From contig NW_021832829.1 of the NCBI RefSeq assembly GCF_006345805.1, positions 310,001-374,000 on the forward strand: a stretch of DNA of 64,000 nt, in the 5' to 3' direction. A program made the translations under genes and the position numbers. A model generated the notes under the pieces. That model made no database searches. It was given only the letters and a program-made list of their open reading frames with translations, and was not told the DNA's origin. This document shows positions 1 through 16,100 of the stretch, piece after piece. Source of the DNA: Octopus sinensis (lineage: Eukaryota). Position 1 is the first letter of the stretch; every line of letters begins with the position of its first letter.

Positions 1-313
1 TTTTTTAAGAATACTTATAGGCTGTAAGTTCTAAATAATTGAGATATACTCGATAGAATTTAATAGAAATTTTCTATCAAAATTTTACACCTAGTGGATA
101 TTTTGTCTTTAAAGGCTGACGTTACTGACATTTGTGGCATGATGATACTACATCCGTAATTATGTTTCGATTGATTATGCAAAAATTATTTTTGCAATAT
201 TCTTCTATTTTATTAAATCCATAGTGATAAATTGAATGAATCGTTTCACAATGCAGTTTCATGGATTCAAAATCATTTGAGGCAATATCAATATTTTGTT
301 TCCATCAGATTGT
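1..313 (-). pseudogene. Integrase zinc-binding (HHCC) fragment, KRBA2/Ginger-like
   Basis: Minus-strand manual translation IHSIYHYGFNKIEEYCKNNFCIINRNIITDVVSSCHKCQ*RQPLKTK resembles an integrase H-H-C-C region; in-frame stops present. Confidence 0.45.
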
Positions 314-559
314 AATGGTAGAGGCACTGGGGTACTCCCGCTGCAGGTGCTCTAAAAAGTCTTTATCCTCGAAGTCCCGGGGGACCCCAAGGAGGAGGGC
401 TCTCACCTGCCCTACCTTGCGTTCAAGCCTGACAAGCCGATGCATGCCAGGCCCGAACGGGATGGACTTTTCTAGCTCCCCTTCGAAGCTGGGAATCATT
501 TGAGGCAATTATCAATATTTTGTTTCTATCAGATTGTTTATAGTATAGCACACCTATCA

Positions 560-1837
560 TTAGATTTAGTAGTAGCTCGTTTCACGACTATCGTGACTCC
601 TCCTCGAGATGATTAAACCAATATCTGAGAGGAGTTTGAGGGCTTTGGGTCCAATTATCCCACTGGTCTCGAAAGCCAGAGGAATGAAGCAGTTCCCCCG
701 GGCGATCGCCAATGAGGCTCTTTGGAGAAGATAACGGGTCTTGTTGGGGTTTTTGCTTTTCTTGGCGATCTTCGTCCCAAGCCGACGAAGGAAAAAAAGC
801 GTTTCCGAGTATCCCCGATGTCTCGACCGCTATTGGGGTAAAATATGATAACTTAAATGTAAAATTAGTCGACTTAAGTCCGAAAGTATTTGCATATTTG
901 TCACCACTTTCTGTACTTTTGTAAAATTTGAGATTAATTTCTTAATTTGTAACAATTGGTGACAAATATTAGCTAATTCTAATCCATTTGAAAATAAAAT
1001 AGACTTAATAGGAGGATTAATACATTATTGTTTGGGACCTGAATGCCAAGCACATAGAACTTGGTTTCAGGATAACCAACGCGCATGGTTTGCTTCTGAA
1101 GACGCTAGTTGAAGACCTCGGACTGGAAGTCCGATTTTCAAGTGAGCCAAACCACATCGACTCGCGAGGAGAACAAGGCTGGCTGGGGCTTGCACTGGTC
1201 AGTCCTGGAATGCTAAATTGGGCTAGTAAAACAATTTTATCGCCCGATATTGGGAGCGACCATCTGCCTCTGTTGCACGAACTCTGAGAGCCAGTTCCTC
1301 AAAGGGTTCCGGGATACTTTGACCTCCGGTCTGGTTCTTGAGCCAACCTGGAGAGGTTCATGGCCAGCAGGTTACCCTCACTTCTAGTGAGGAATACCTG
1401 CGCCAACATACGTGAGTTGGAGGCGCTAGATAATGGAATCAATGCTTCCCTGACTGATCACGCTCCCGTACCGGGTTTTAAATAAAATTAGGTTCAAGAG
1501 ACGTCTGTCCAGACTACGGGATAAATGCGTTCACGAGGTAAACTGTGTTTGGTTTCGTGGCTAGATTAGCCGGCTTCAGAGGGAGATCAGAAGAGAAATC
1601 CATGAATTCGAAAGTTGCCCGCTTCCCGGACTTCTGGAAACAGTTGAAGAGCCTGTTAGGAAGAGGGGAGGCATATTCTGGCAGCAATCTCCTGAAGTAA
1701 GACGGGCCTGGATTGGATCCCTATGGCCATCTTCAAGAAGGCACCGCCTTACAGGTCTTGTTTAGCGGGAGCTTGCGACTTGGGATGATTTCCTCTAGGT
1801 GGAAAGTAGGTGAGGTAATTCTTATTAGAAAACCCGG
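560..1837 (+). mobile_element. Degenerate LINE fragment (APE endonuclease to start of RT, I/Jockey-like)
   Basis: ORF 1090-1287 contains SPDIGSDHLPLL (APE SDH motif); downstream frames are broken RT-proximal sequence; GC-richer than flanks. Confidence 0.6.
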
Positions 1838-3177
1838 GAGAATTACTTGAAATTCAATGCGACACTACACTTAAATAAAAATATTTTTCTGAATTAGATA
1901 TTTTGAGCTTTTGCAAAAATTTTGTATGTGTCAAAAAATATCCGCAATTAACCGACAATGCTAAGAAAATGACGTTGCCCTGGAACGATTCGTTCCAAGA
2001 AAAAACAGATAGTTTGTGCGTTACCGTTCATGATTGCAAACAAAACGAGATCCTCTGTCTTAGCCAAGAGGATTTTCATATATCGTTATTTTTTGCGACC
2101 GATAAGGATTTTTTCTTGTTTGGCCCGGATCGCATCCAAAAATAAAATTTTGGCCCGCGAAAACAAAAATTTTGCCCAAACTATGGCCCACGCACTATTT
2201 CGAGATATTCAATTAATACTTGATTACACTGCAGTTAGATGGCTTAGCTGTGGTAATGTATTAAATAGATTTTATAAACTCCGAAGTGAGATTGATATTT
2301 TTCTAACCAGTAAAAATAACTATTATCCCTAATTATCAGATCTTGTCTGCTATCAAAATTATCATTTTTGGATGATGTTACTGCTCACATGAATGAGTTA
2401 AATTTGAAATTACAAGGAAAAAAAACTCAATTTGTGATTTTTACAGGATAATTAAAGCATTTTGACAAAAATTGATGTTATTCAAGTCACAACTTGGAGT
2501 AAATCAGTTTTCACACTTTTCATGTTTTAAAAGTTTTTGTGAGGCAAACAGTAATGAGATCGACATCACTTTCTAAATTAGAATTATCAAAGAATTAAAA
2601 CATAATTTTTTACATAAATTTTCTGAACTTGACAAAATTGAAAGCGATATAATTTTGTTCGAAAATTCATTTTCTTGTAATGTTGAGAATGTTCAACATG
2701 AATTACAATTAGAAGTTATTGACTTACAATCAAAAGAACAGCTCTAAGATTGTCACAAACAGATCAAACTCGCTGAGTTCTACGAATATCTCAAGGATTA
2801 TGAGTTTCTGAGACTAAAGAATTTTGATGATGAAGATGATTTCTATATTTGGCACAACTTACCAATGTGAGCAAACGTTCTCGAGGATGAAATATGTTAA
2901 GTCTGCCCATCATGCAAAATTGACTGACGGACACTTAAAATCAATTCTCGTGATAGGATTCATCAATTTAAAACCAAATATTAATGAAGTTATCAAAAAA
3001 GATCACAGTTCCATAGCTCTCATTAAAATTTTTGTTTACTTTATTTTTGTTTAAATTAGTTTTTATTTTAAAAAACAAATTTTTAGTAAAATTATAATCC
3101 TGTGTACGTGCTCCGGCCCGCGTTCATTGTTGTGGGGTCAATCCGGCCCGTGAGTGAAAAAAGTTTGGTGACCCCTG
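1838..3177 (+). mobile_element. hAT transposon remnants (GTF2IRD2/Charlie-SPIN-like transposase pieces) with right TIR
   Basis: DYTAVRWLSCGNVLNRFYKLRSEIDIFL (2030-2332) and FGTTYQCEQTFSRMK (hAT dimerisation motif, 2824-3054); GGCCCG subterminal motifs; end GGTGACCCCTG at 3167-3177; left end not found. Confidence 0.8.
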
Positions 3178-3241
3178 CCATAAAGTTCAAAATTATTATT
3201 AACAAAAGTTAAAAGATAAAGGATTGGAATTAAAATATAAA

Positions 3242-5657
3242 TTATTGAATAGTTAAATCAAAATCAATAAATAGTTGTTGTTTTATTTTCTTTAATTTTT
3301 TATTATAAATTTTTGATAGCTGCGGCTTTTCAGAAAATTGGTCAAAGTATGATGTATCAAATTCGTGTGCCTATTAAAATAAATAAGAAGCCTCAAAATA
3401 AAAACAAAGTTCGGGATCCATGGTGGCTCTATTTTTTTGACCCGGAGATCGGGGAATGAGATTTGATTCGTAAAAAAAGCATGACTAAAAATTTCTGACT
3501 CACCTATATCTCTTCTACATCCGAGTCGGTTTTCAGGATCTCTAACCAACAGCTAAATGTAAAATCTTGAAAACAAATACATCCGTCAAGATACTTTGCG
3601 CATCGGTGCTTAATCCAGGTGGAATTTGGATCGTAAAATGAAGGATATTGTGGAAAAGTTCCTCCTCTGTATCTCCGTCAAATGGAGTTTGGTTTACCAG
3701 AAGTTCGTAAATCAAAACACCAAAAGACCACCAATCAACTGATTTTCCATATGGTATTCCAATCAACATCTAAATGCGCAACATAAAGTATATTTAAAAC
3801 TTCTGGAGACATATAATCCGGAGTACCACACCATGTATTGCCAAGAGAAAAGTTTATATGTGTTTTGCACATTCCAAAGTCAATTAGTTTTATATTGCCT
3901 TCTTTATCCACCATTAAGTTGTCGAGTTTAAGGTCCCTAAACAATATAGTGGAAATTAAAACCTATAAATTATATTCAGGTCGTGTAAATAATTCAAGGC
4001 TATTGCCACTTCTCCCAAATAGAAGGCAGTTTCAAAATCACTGAAAGGTCCCCTATTCTGAATCCTGAACATCATATCTCCCCCCAAGTATAATTCCATA
4101 GCGAAAAACAGATATTCCTAATTGACTTTCAAATATTGAAATAAACCGTGTTTTGAAAAGACGCGAATAGTTTCCCAATAAAATTATACTCATTTCCCAT
4201 GCTGAGGCAGTCTCTTTCTATCATCAAACTTTCGAAATCGTCCATTTTTTGAACAAAATACTTACTTATAGCTTTAATGGCCACAAGTTTATTCGTTAAT
4301 AAATCTCGGGCCACCATTACTTTTCCAAAACTTCCTTTCCCTATAACCTATGATATGATGTATAATTGTGTAGACCGAAATCAGCTGAAAATTATCCAAG
4401 TCATATTTTTTTCTCGAATGGCTTATTATTTTATTTTCTGATTCAAATGACTTGTTAAAATCTTCTTTTTCGAATGCTAACAAAAAATATTTTAGGAAAT
4501 ACTCATTTCACTTGAAGCTACATCCTAAAATGAAAAAAGTAAATAGTGATGAACAACCGATGGATAATTACAAAATCGATCTGGAAGTCCAATTTTATCG
4601 ATAGTATTTGCGATCGAGTTTACATCAACTCCACAATCGTGTGGAATATTGAGCCGACATCGCTTGTGTACGTTAATTCCACAAACAGAGATATTTTTAT
4701 TTTTATGATACCAGCGCATCGGAGACCTTGTTTGAATATGCCATATAGAAGTGACCCACACTGTTTACATGTCGTCGGCCTGAAATAATTGCAGATTTGA
4801 AATTTGTGAGGTATATCAATGTTGATTCCGGTTTGATTCTATAATTTTTTCTACTAAAAACAAAGAATACCTTAGATATGGATGATTGAAAGTTCATACG
4901 AGGACATTTGACGATGGCGTTGTGGTAACATTTCCCATGAGTCGTCATAGCACATACTACAGTAATATTAGTTATAAATTTTGTTTAAAAAAGCATTGAT
5001 AGTATACATTGACATTGATAGCCTTGTCTCTTGATAACACCCCTAAGAGTTGTCAAACAATATCTACCAAATAAATTTGCCACAAAGTGAACAGAATGTT
5101 GGCTGTCTAAAATAGGTCAGCATGAAACGATGTTCATTCACGATAGATATTCTTTTATTGAATATTTTATATCTCTTGAATCTTTTGTCAAGTTTTTTTA
5201 TCTCAGGACTGCAAATTTCTAATAGTTATTTGAGTTTCCAATACCCGTGTCCTCAATTTTAACATTTTCATTAAAATTCAAAGAAATGCAAATGGAACCT
5301 TCGGGCTTGAGATTAATCTGTAAAATATGGATAATAATGAACCCATTCTCTCTGGAATGACGATATCACTGGGATTATTAAGTCCGCGACATATGATTCA
5401 TTAAAGCCTTTGTGAAAAATTATAAGTCGCAAGTCCATAGTCTTTCTAGTAACAAATCTGATAGATTCTTCCCAAATTGGATCATTTGAATTTTTAGAAA
5501 CAGACGTTTGAAATATACAGATTCCACCAATATCAACAACCACAAATGCACATAATCGAGTTGGACTAATTTTAAACGATTTGTGGCGACACGAAAAATC
5601 AGTATGCTTTATCCCTTTTGCACAAAAAATGGTAAGATCGGCTGCTCCTAAGTTCAT
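3242..5657 (-). CDS. Protein kinase C, novel (epsilon/eta-like) type; multi-exon
   Basis: N-terminal C2-like exon ([14 protein letters not shown]...DPIWEE), two C1 domains ([13 protein letters not shown]), kinase motifs [36 protein letters not shown] tail IEPPWIP; short GT-AG introns. Confidence 0.9.
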
Positions 5658-6084
5658 TATCAATTCTTTTCTTCGTATATTGCTTTTATTTATTACAAAC
5701 GTTTTGTACGTCAGTTTTTAATTAATGAAAATAGATAATTTTCAAGGGAAATCGAAAATTTATCAATCCATTTTAATTAAATTATAATTAGTAAAATAAT
5801 ATCTTATCTAGCTTCCTCCTTTTTGCTTCTGAACCGTCTCTTTCTGCCAGATTCCGTGAATTCTATTTATCCTCCTGAGTATAGTCATCTCTCATTAATT
5901 TTTGACGATTATTATTTTCATTTCATTTTTGACTTAATTATAATTTCAATGAACTTATTCAATTAACAACTAATAGATTATTCAAAAATCGATACTAACA
6001 ACTAATAGATTATTCAAAATGATAATAGAAATTTCCTTTCTAATTTAATAAATGGAGAGTAAATCAACTAACTATAACTAAAAG

Positions 6085-6411
6085 GTGTTTGTCAAGAGTC
6101 TAAGGGTCAGCTCTTTGACGCCGCTTTGCGTATGGAAGTAATTCATTCCCTTCTTTTCCTCAACCAGGTTTGCTGACGAAATTTGGCAACATCGTTGCGC
6201 AGAACAAGTCAACGCAAGTCGCTTCCCAAATCAAAGACCTACCCTCCCTAAATGGGAAGGTAGTCATCCCGTCGGCACGCTTTCCGTCGCTCCGGCAAAG
6301 ACCGACTGACTCCAACGTTGACCTGGCGGACTCGAAAGTCCTTTTAACGACCTCATTCAGTTGAGTGTGGCGAGGAGATACTATGGCTCGGAAAACATTA
6401 GAAATCTTCAT
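6085..6411 (-). mobile_element. CRE-like non-LTR retroelement 3' fragment (RLE domain)
   Basis: PRHTQLNEVVKR...DGKRADGMTTFPFREGRSLIWEATCVD matches the RLE motif of the longer copies at 54.6 and 61.4 kb. Confidence 0.75.
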
Positions 6412-6419
6412 TTAATAAA

Positions 6420-6850
6420 TCTTTTTGTAATATAAATTTATTATTACAAAGTATAGAAGGGCAAAACAATTAGGATTCCCCAGTGGCTGCACCGCAAATA
6501 GCAAACGAGTTACCTCGTAAGATTGCTATAGATATTTTCTGGTATAGCCAGCTGGTTTTCCAGTGGTCAAAGGTCTTCTTTCTGATGAGATTCCCAATTA
6601 TAGACAGAATCCTCTTCCCAGCGGGCTCAACCACACCATTTGTCTTCACGGCAATTGGGAAGAAGTTGTATACGTAAGGAAGAGACGCGTTCTTCCTCCT
6701 TTTGATTTCTTCTGCCCGGTGAAACGCGAAGCCAAGACACGACGCATACTGAATAACGGTACCCGGTGCAACTGTGTCCGCACAGGTTGTGTCCCATATG
6801 AGACACTTGCCTAGGTGAATGAAAAGACCGTCATTCCGTCCAGACGTTGC
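6420..6850 (-). mobile_element. CRE-like retroelement 3' fragment
   Basis: Minus frames give KCLIWDTTCADT...TSWLYQKISIAILRGNSFAICG, the C-terminus shared by the window's CRE copies. Confidence 0.7.
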
Positions 6851-7031
6851 TCTATTTAAACCTATATTTCTCTATTTAAACCGATAAGTATTTAAACCTA
6901 AATTCAGGCGTTACTCATAATCTTGACTAAGAGAGAAAATATTATCGCGATTAATTAATTCTTAAAACTTATAAAATCGCTAGGAAAAAAAGAAAGTGGT
7001 TGCACTAAATTTTTATGAAAATTTATTCAAA

Positions 7032-8879
<1,848 letters not shown>

Positions 8880-9104
8880 TTATCTGCTAAAATACATTCT
8901 CATCCACATAAGTTTTGAAATTTATTTTTGAAATAATATAAATTAATAAACTTCTATTAATATATTTTTTGAAAAGTACTTAAGAAATCAAGAAAGAAAT
9001 TAAAAAAAGTCTATCCTGTAGCTAATTAAGCCTGCTCCGACATATCAGGCCACTTTTACAGAGGTTTACCGGGACATATCCGATTATCATCAAAGAATTC
9101 ATAT

Positions 9105-9482
9105 AGATGATTCTCGAGTCCGCTCTTCAAATACAGTAAAACCTCTCGAATCCCCTTGTTTTAATCAAAATTTTAAAATTTCCCATAAATAATTCTTGAA
9201 TTCGTTTTTTAAATACAGTGAAATCTCTTGAATCCGCTTGTTTTAATCAAAATTTTGAATTTTTAATTAATAAATCTCGAATCCGCTCTTCAAATACTGA
9301 AAAATCTCCTGAATCCGCTTGTTTCAATAAAAAATTTGAAATTTCTTATGGATGATTCTCGAATCATTTCTTCAAGTACAATGAAAGCTTTCAAACCCAC
9401 TATTTCTTGAATTCGTCTGTTTTAATCAAAAATTTGAAATTGCCCATGAATCATTCTCGGATCAGATCTTCAAATACAGTAA
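9105..9482. repeat. Degenerate ~80-bp tandem repeat, ~4-5 copies
   Basis: Recurring GAATCCGCTCTTCAAATACAGT and GAATCCGCTTGTTTTAATCAAAATTTT blocks. Confidence 0.65.
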
Positions 9483-9829
9483 CCCAAAAGATCGTTTTTT
9501 GGATGAAAACAGGCCTGTAATGATATGAAGATTTGAAAGTCAAGGATGTTTTAAAAATTATAAAATTGAAAATGATGTTCTAATAAAGAATGGATGAATC
9601 GCGAAATTTTTAATAAATGATGTGAATTTGTTAGTATTGGATATTGAAAATTAAGAGCAAATTGAATTTTTAGAAAAATCTCAACAACCTGATTCATTAA
9701 AGTCAAAAAAGATTAATCAGTTAGTGATTTTATTTAATAATTAAACTTAAAAAACAATTATTGAAGAGGAATCGAATGAGTAAAAAGTTAATCTTTCAAG
9801 ATAAGATAGGTCTATTTTCACTGAGATAA

Positions 9830-10260
9830 CGGACATAAAATTAAGGGCCAGTTATTAGTCTTGTCTAGGAACCTTTGGAATTGTTTTTTGTGCCAATTCG
9901 GTATTTTGTCTCTGAGATTCACGCCAAAGGCCATCTTAGCTGCCAATCTCGTCGTTTTCTCCAGTAGTTTTATTATTTTTGCTTTAGAAAGGGACAAGAT
10001 TCACCCTTCCAACCCATACATCAGCACAGGAAGAATAGCTGCCCTAAAAATAAATAGCTCAGTCTTCTGAAGTAGGAAAAATTTTATTAGGCACATGATT
10101 ATTTGTGTACACCAATAATGCCATCCTCACATTTTCCTTTTTTAGAAAATTGGACTCCCAGATAAAAAAAAGATCGAGGCTTCCGAATAGATTCAATTGT
10201 ATATGGTAAGGTTTCTCCACTTCTTGCTGATACTCAAGTGAGCGTGCACTTATCAATTAA
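9830..10260 (-). mobile_element. Degenerate RTE-like LINE RT C-terminal fragment
   Basis: Minus frame FRAAILPVLMYGLEG*IL...GVNLRDKIPN resembles the post-RT LPVLxYG.E.W region. Confidence 0.5.
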
Positions 10261-10799
10261 CAGAGTCAAGCACTTTACTGCCATCCACTGTTTTATTTTC
10301 TCTAAGTAGATTTTTAGTTTCATTTCCGACGTCGTCGAAAAGGCTGTTTTGTCCGCAATAATTCTCATCGGAAAATAAGTACATTCGTTTAGATTCTCAA
10401 ATGTTATGGGAAGTCGACTATATACATGTTAAAAAGTAATAGGCTAAGAAAAGAGCCCTGAGGTACTCCTCTTTTTTGGATAATGGCTTTTGAAACTCGG
10501 CCGAAATAGTTGACAAAAGAGATCCTCCCACTCAAAAAACTCGCTAGTCATCCAAAGGTTTTCGCATCAATGTCACAATTTCTAAAATTTTTTAAAAAGA
10601 TGAAGTGACAGACATTGTCAAAAATCCTCGACACATCTAAACAAATATTACTGGTCGATAAGCCAGAATTCCATGCTTTCGATAGATACAGTCGGGACGA
10701 AAACTTCACTGATAATGAGAAAGTCAGTGATTCTTTTCGACATGCAAAACTAGCCTTTATAAATGATTTTCTCCATTATCTTCTATGTAAAGTAAATTA

Positions 10800-11950
10800 G
10801 GCTTATATGCCTATCGCTTAAAACCTCTTCTTTAGGTTTCTTAGGTTTTTGAACCATTAGAACTCCAGTTTTTCCATGATTTTGGAACATATCCTCCATG
10901 CAATCTAAAATTGAAAAGGTTTGTGAGCTGAGACACCAAACAATTTGGTGCGTGCTTGAAACAGTCTATTGAAATCTTTTCATACCCCGAAGTCGCATTT
11001 TTGGCTGTCCTTATTGCTTCCCGAATTTCAAAATCAGTAATCGGGCAAAGTCTCAATGTGCTTAGGTAGTTTGAGAAACAAGGCTCCGGTAAGGAGACAG
11101 ATGGATCTGTTTCCAAAACAGTTGCGAGTTGATTGCAGAAAAGTTCGTTAGTCTCCTTTTTACTTGATAGGGATCTTCCCAGAAGTCGTAAGCAAATTAC
11201 TTCAGCCTTCGTTTGAGTTCCAGTTATTTTCCTATTAGCTGTTCAAAATTTTCGGTGTTTTGGATGAAGCATTTTTAATTAGCGAAATCAAACACGTTTT
11301 TTTCAATTTAAGTTGTGTGACAAAATATTTTTTCAATAGCACTTATTCTTTCTTTCTGTTTAAAGAATCCCAGCAGTTTTTAAGCTTCGACGTAAGTCTA
11401 TCCTCTAAAAAATGTTGCCTTTGAAGAAATCAGCAATTAAACTTTAATTTTCCACGAATTTCTTAGAGCACGTTCTTCTAACCAGAATTCACTTTTGTCC
11501 ACGTTTGGTTTTGTGTGACACAAATTCATAAGTCGTTTCATTTTTTATTCTCAAGTTTTTTTATCTTCAACTCATGCGTGCATCCGTATTTTGTGAAACA
11601 GTATTGAATCTAGGAATTCCACGATATCTCTCAAAGGGGCTAAAGCCTGCGAAAAATTTAAGTTAAGACAAATGTTTCACCTGCAGAGGTGTAAGATGTT
11701 TGATTGTATAAAAACACAGCCTTTCTTATGTGTTATATCCACTCTTTGTTGTCATCAAAACTCATAATTTTTGAAAGGCTTTTTGTGATCGTGGTGTTGC
11801 AAATCGACACATATCAGATTCCGATACCACTTTCCTGATGATTTCTTGTTTAATAGGCAGTTCCTTAGTAGTAGGAGAAATCCAATGTGGCTGTTTGAAA
11901 ACAATTTTTATATAAAAAATAGGATAATAATTTTTATATCTAACCATTTT
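10800..11950 (-). mobile_element. Degenerate LINE fragment (pre-RT region, CR1/L2-like)
   Basis: ORF 10841-11116 LCPITDFEIREAIRTAKNATSGYEKIS...LTNLFN...VPKSWK is typical of the region just before the RT core. Confidence 0.6.
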
Positions 11951-11999
11951 TTATTTAGCGGGATTTTTCTCTTGTCCTTTCTTTAGTAATAAAATTAAA

Positions 12000-13020
12000 A
12001 TTTAGCAGGTGGTCTCTTTCTATCTTTCTTAATTAGGTGGTCAAGCGGACTTGGAATAATGTTGTTCAATTTGGAAATTTTCGTTATGCTAGCCGCGGCT
12101 CGGCATAGTGTAGTCTCAATTTTAAGGCGGTTAGACCACGAGAGATTAATTCCCTATGCGGCGCAGGCATAGCCAATTGTCGGTTCGATGAGTTGTTTGT
12201 AGAGAGTGCCGAGACCCGGGAACGGTTTCTTTAGTCCGCCAAATATCGATTTGATTAGTCCAATATTTCTCTGACTGGATCTGATGGCCTTCTCTAGATG
12301 GGCAGTAAAACACATGTGGGTGTCAAAAGTGACCCCCATAATTTTAGGGTTCTTCGTGAATGGATCTTTTCGTTGTCCAGAAAAAATCAACAGTACGTCT
12401 TCCGAGTCTCTTGTCCGACGTAAATAAAGTAGGGGACGATTTTTCGGGGGTACTGTTCATCCTGTTTTGATATAGCCTAGTTCGAATTTGTAATAAGAGA
12501 TCTTGTGCTCTTTTGGAAGCTTTCGAGAGGTCTTGATCACGTGATCAAATGAGTAGGTTGTCGGTGTAGACGAGAATGATTGAGTCTTCCATTTCATGGT
12601 TAGGAATGTCGGATAAGTATAAACTGAATAAAGCAGGACAAAGGGAGAACCTTGGGAACTCCATTTGGAAGCAATCTTGAGATTGATTTGATTCCATTCA
12701 GGCATACACACCCTCTCCTTCCGCTGAGGAAATTCGAAAGCTAAAGTTTTATGTTCGAGTCGATGGATAGGCCAAATATTTTTTAAGTCAGTATCTTTCT
12801 CAAGACTGAATCAAAGGCCTTCTGAAGATCGAGTGAGCATAAAATTGATTTGAGATGAGGTTTAGTTGCAAAACCTTCCATTGTAAACTGGGTTAATGTG
12901 GTAAGATGTGTCGAGGTAGAGAAATTACTCCTGAAGCCATGTTAGATGTACAATTTTGTATGTAAGGGGAAGAATAGGGGTGATCAAATTGAGAATTAGT
13001 TTTTCAAAAATCTTTGCAAA
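12000..13020 (-). mobile_element. Degenerate I/Jockey-like LINE RT fragment
   Basis: PKIMGVTFDTHMCFTAHL...LYKQLIEPTIGYACAA plus upstream FAKIFEKLIL and a GVP motif; frameshifted. Confidence 0.7.
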
Positions 13021-13102
13021 CAGAAATATATTAAAATTTGTTAGAATAAATCTTATTAATTATACCAAATTATGATTAGTTAATATAGTTAATGAAGTGG
13101 TT

Positions 13103-16100
13103 TTAATTTTCAATTTTGTCTGAGTAAATTTCAAGTGAAGCTTCCTTCAATTTCTTATCATACGTGATCCAATTATTAACGACAAACTTAAATCTAATTA
13201 CTGAAATAAAAAAAGTACAGTTTGTTATTTTTTATGATTTCCACTTTATTTACATACCAATCCGAGCCAAATCCTGTAGCAGAGTGCATTAGTTTTATTT
13301 TATAAATGGAGCCTACGTCACAGTTAACCACTTTGAAAACATCAATCTGTCATCCTCAGTGAATAAATATACAGAATTTCGCGAAAACACTGATATTGTG
13401 GGTTGGTTAGAATTCTCTGATGTAAGATTGATGGATTCTGTCTTTCCTTGGTCGCCATAAAGTGTTATAAAAACAGTCGATGCCGTGCCAGCACCTAAAT
13501 GATTTCCAGTGTATACAGTTATGTTATAAATTGTTTCTATTAAATTTAATATACTTAATTCACCTGAAGGGTCTATTATTTCCAGTTCGTTAACTGGATT
13601 GAGTGTTACTGAAGCCATTTTTGTGTTTTTTGTTTTTTTGATCCATTGATAGCAATTAAAAGTATACCTGCAAGTAATGAGGAATTAAAAATACATTTTT
13701 GAAGAACTTAGAATCTCTACTCTATCCACGTACCAATCGTCCAAAATACCAAAGGAATCGTGAAACAAATCAATTTTTTGTATTAGTCCGACATTTTTCA
13801 GAACCTTTTTAAAAACATCGTGCTATTATTTTTAGCAGATAGAGACACCTTTCCACGTTCAAATTTATTTTTAAAATGTTCGTTGGTAAGATGGATGTCA
13901 AATACGTTGTTTTTATTGCCATATATATTTAGAAATACTTTCGAATCGGTTCCTGCTCCTATTTTATCGCCAGTATAAATGATAATTGTATAATCCATTT
14001 CTATTCTAATAAATGCTTTAATTCACCTGAAAGTGATGATTTTTTAGAATTAGATTTTTTAATTTCAATTTCTGGAATATTTTTTGTTACCGATGTTTCG
14101 GGATAAAAATAATAGCTCTGATCACCACTACTCACCCGAATTCTCTCCAATTTCCAAGCTAATATTTCTGACTCAAAAGACGACCCGATTCGAATCGCAC
14201 ATAACTATTTCCTTACTAGATTTCAACTTTATTTTCTTACTAGTCCTACAGACTGACATTTTAGTTTATAGGATTTAGAGTTTTCACTGATTTTGTTCAA
14301 ATCGTGGTTTGTTTTTGATAAATATATTTTTCCTGTCTGACCTTCAGTTCCGATAAATATTATGTATATTAGAGCAAAGTTGCTCGGAGCATTCATCTTA
14401 CTGAAAGTGACAGAAACTTGATATACAACAGCTAAAATATAATTTTATAATAAACATTGAGGAATCGGATTTTTTCCTGGAAGTAAAATGCGAAAACGCG
14501 ACCCATCCTCTTTGTTTTCAGAAAACCACCTTAAACTGACCAAATATCATTCTAACCTTTCGCTTATAAATTCTTCATTACCAGTGGGGCCACATACCGT
14601 CGCTCTTTCCAATAGCCATCCAGATTTCCTTCCTGTTTCATTGTGTCCGAGTCGAATTGCACTTATTTTACCCACAGAAAGTGCAGTGAACAAATATTCT
14701 TCAGTATTTTGTGAATCCTCTGCTCCATCGTTTATTGAAATATTTTGTCTTGTGAACTCACGTTCTCCAGTCGTGTCTTCATTTTCTCCCATAACTTCAA
14801 TAATAGTTTTAGATTCTTTAACATTCCTATGCTTTATTCTCAATTTTATTTTGTATTCGACGACTATTTTAAAATTAAGCAACATTAAGTGTAACATTCA
14901 ATCCTACTATGGACTGTTGGTCCCTCGGCTGGCAGTTCAATAAATTTTGAATAATGATTTTGATTAATTGATTTAAACCACGAGTCAATATAGAAAAGAT
15001 AAAAATTTCCAGTGATCAAGTTTCGAATGTAATCTAGTATAATAGAGCAATCATATAACTTTAGAAAACAAAGAATGAGTGGTCCAAATACGAAGTTTAT
15101 TAAGATGGCCTATTTTTGATGTTTCGACAGTAAACTGTTCGACACAATTCGACTTTAGATTTAATTTTTCAGTGGTTATCATCTTTGTCTTTCCGTATTC
15201 GCCAAACAGCAGCATTGAAAATGCAACATTTTGTACATTTTGTTTAGCAAGTATAAGACACTGCCATTCATCAATTGTAATACCTACACATGTATACACA
15301 CAGCAACCTTCAGCAATCGTTTGTTCTCTCCTATGAAAATTCTCAACCAAAATTATGTTTTTCTTGTGAAAATCAACTATTTCATCGTGTTGAAATTGCT
15401 GAAATAATCCAGTATTGGAATTAACGATTTTGATCTAGAAACCATTTAATCATTTTTATACATCTTCAAGGTGAAAGGCAAAGTTCTGTTGATCTTCAGA
15501 AATACATGTTATTTCAAGGGATCTCACAATGTTCAAATTCTTTCCCAAGTATGCTTTAAAGTGATTTGTTTTATTCAGACGAATTTTATTTTTTTCAAGA
15601 CGAATTGTTTCTGAAATCATTCGACTGTCATTTCCGCCATTCAGTGTAATATCCACGTTAGGTATCATTTCTGAAAACTCGGCACTTCCAATGTTAACAA
15701 ATATATGATAAATAATTCTATTTTCTAAGAAATAGCCGTAGACGAAATTTACAAAACTTTTATTATAGCTGTCTAAATAAACGGCATCGAGTTTGTAGTT
15801 CTTATTGTTTTCCATGTAGTCACATAATAAAAATTCATAATATTTTCCAGAAGTAGAATTCTCAACAATTATCTTGTTATTTGAAATCAAAAAATACTTT
15901 ATCAATCCACAGTATTGTTTTTGTCATAGAATCATGCGACAAAGTTATCGATTCGATATTTTCCATATGTACATTTTTTACATAAAATTTGTTTATGCTA
16001 TATAATATTTTGGATGTTACCAGTTTTCTGTGAAGCATTCAAGACTCTTTGAAAGAATAATTCGATCAGAAGAGTTAGATGAATCATTCAAAAAAGCACT

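Noticed and set aside
5960-6020. ~34-bp tandem duplication upstream of PKC
   Set aside because: Two AT-rich copies only, with no further support for function.
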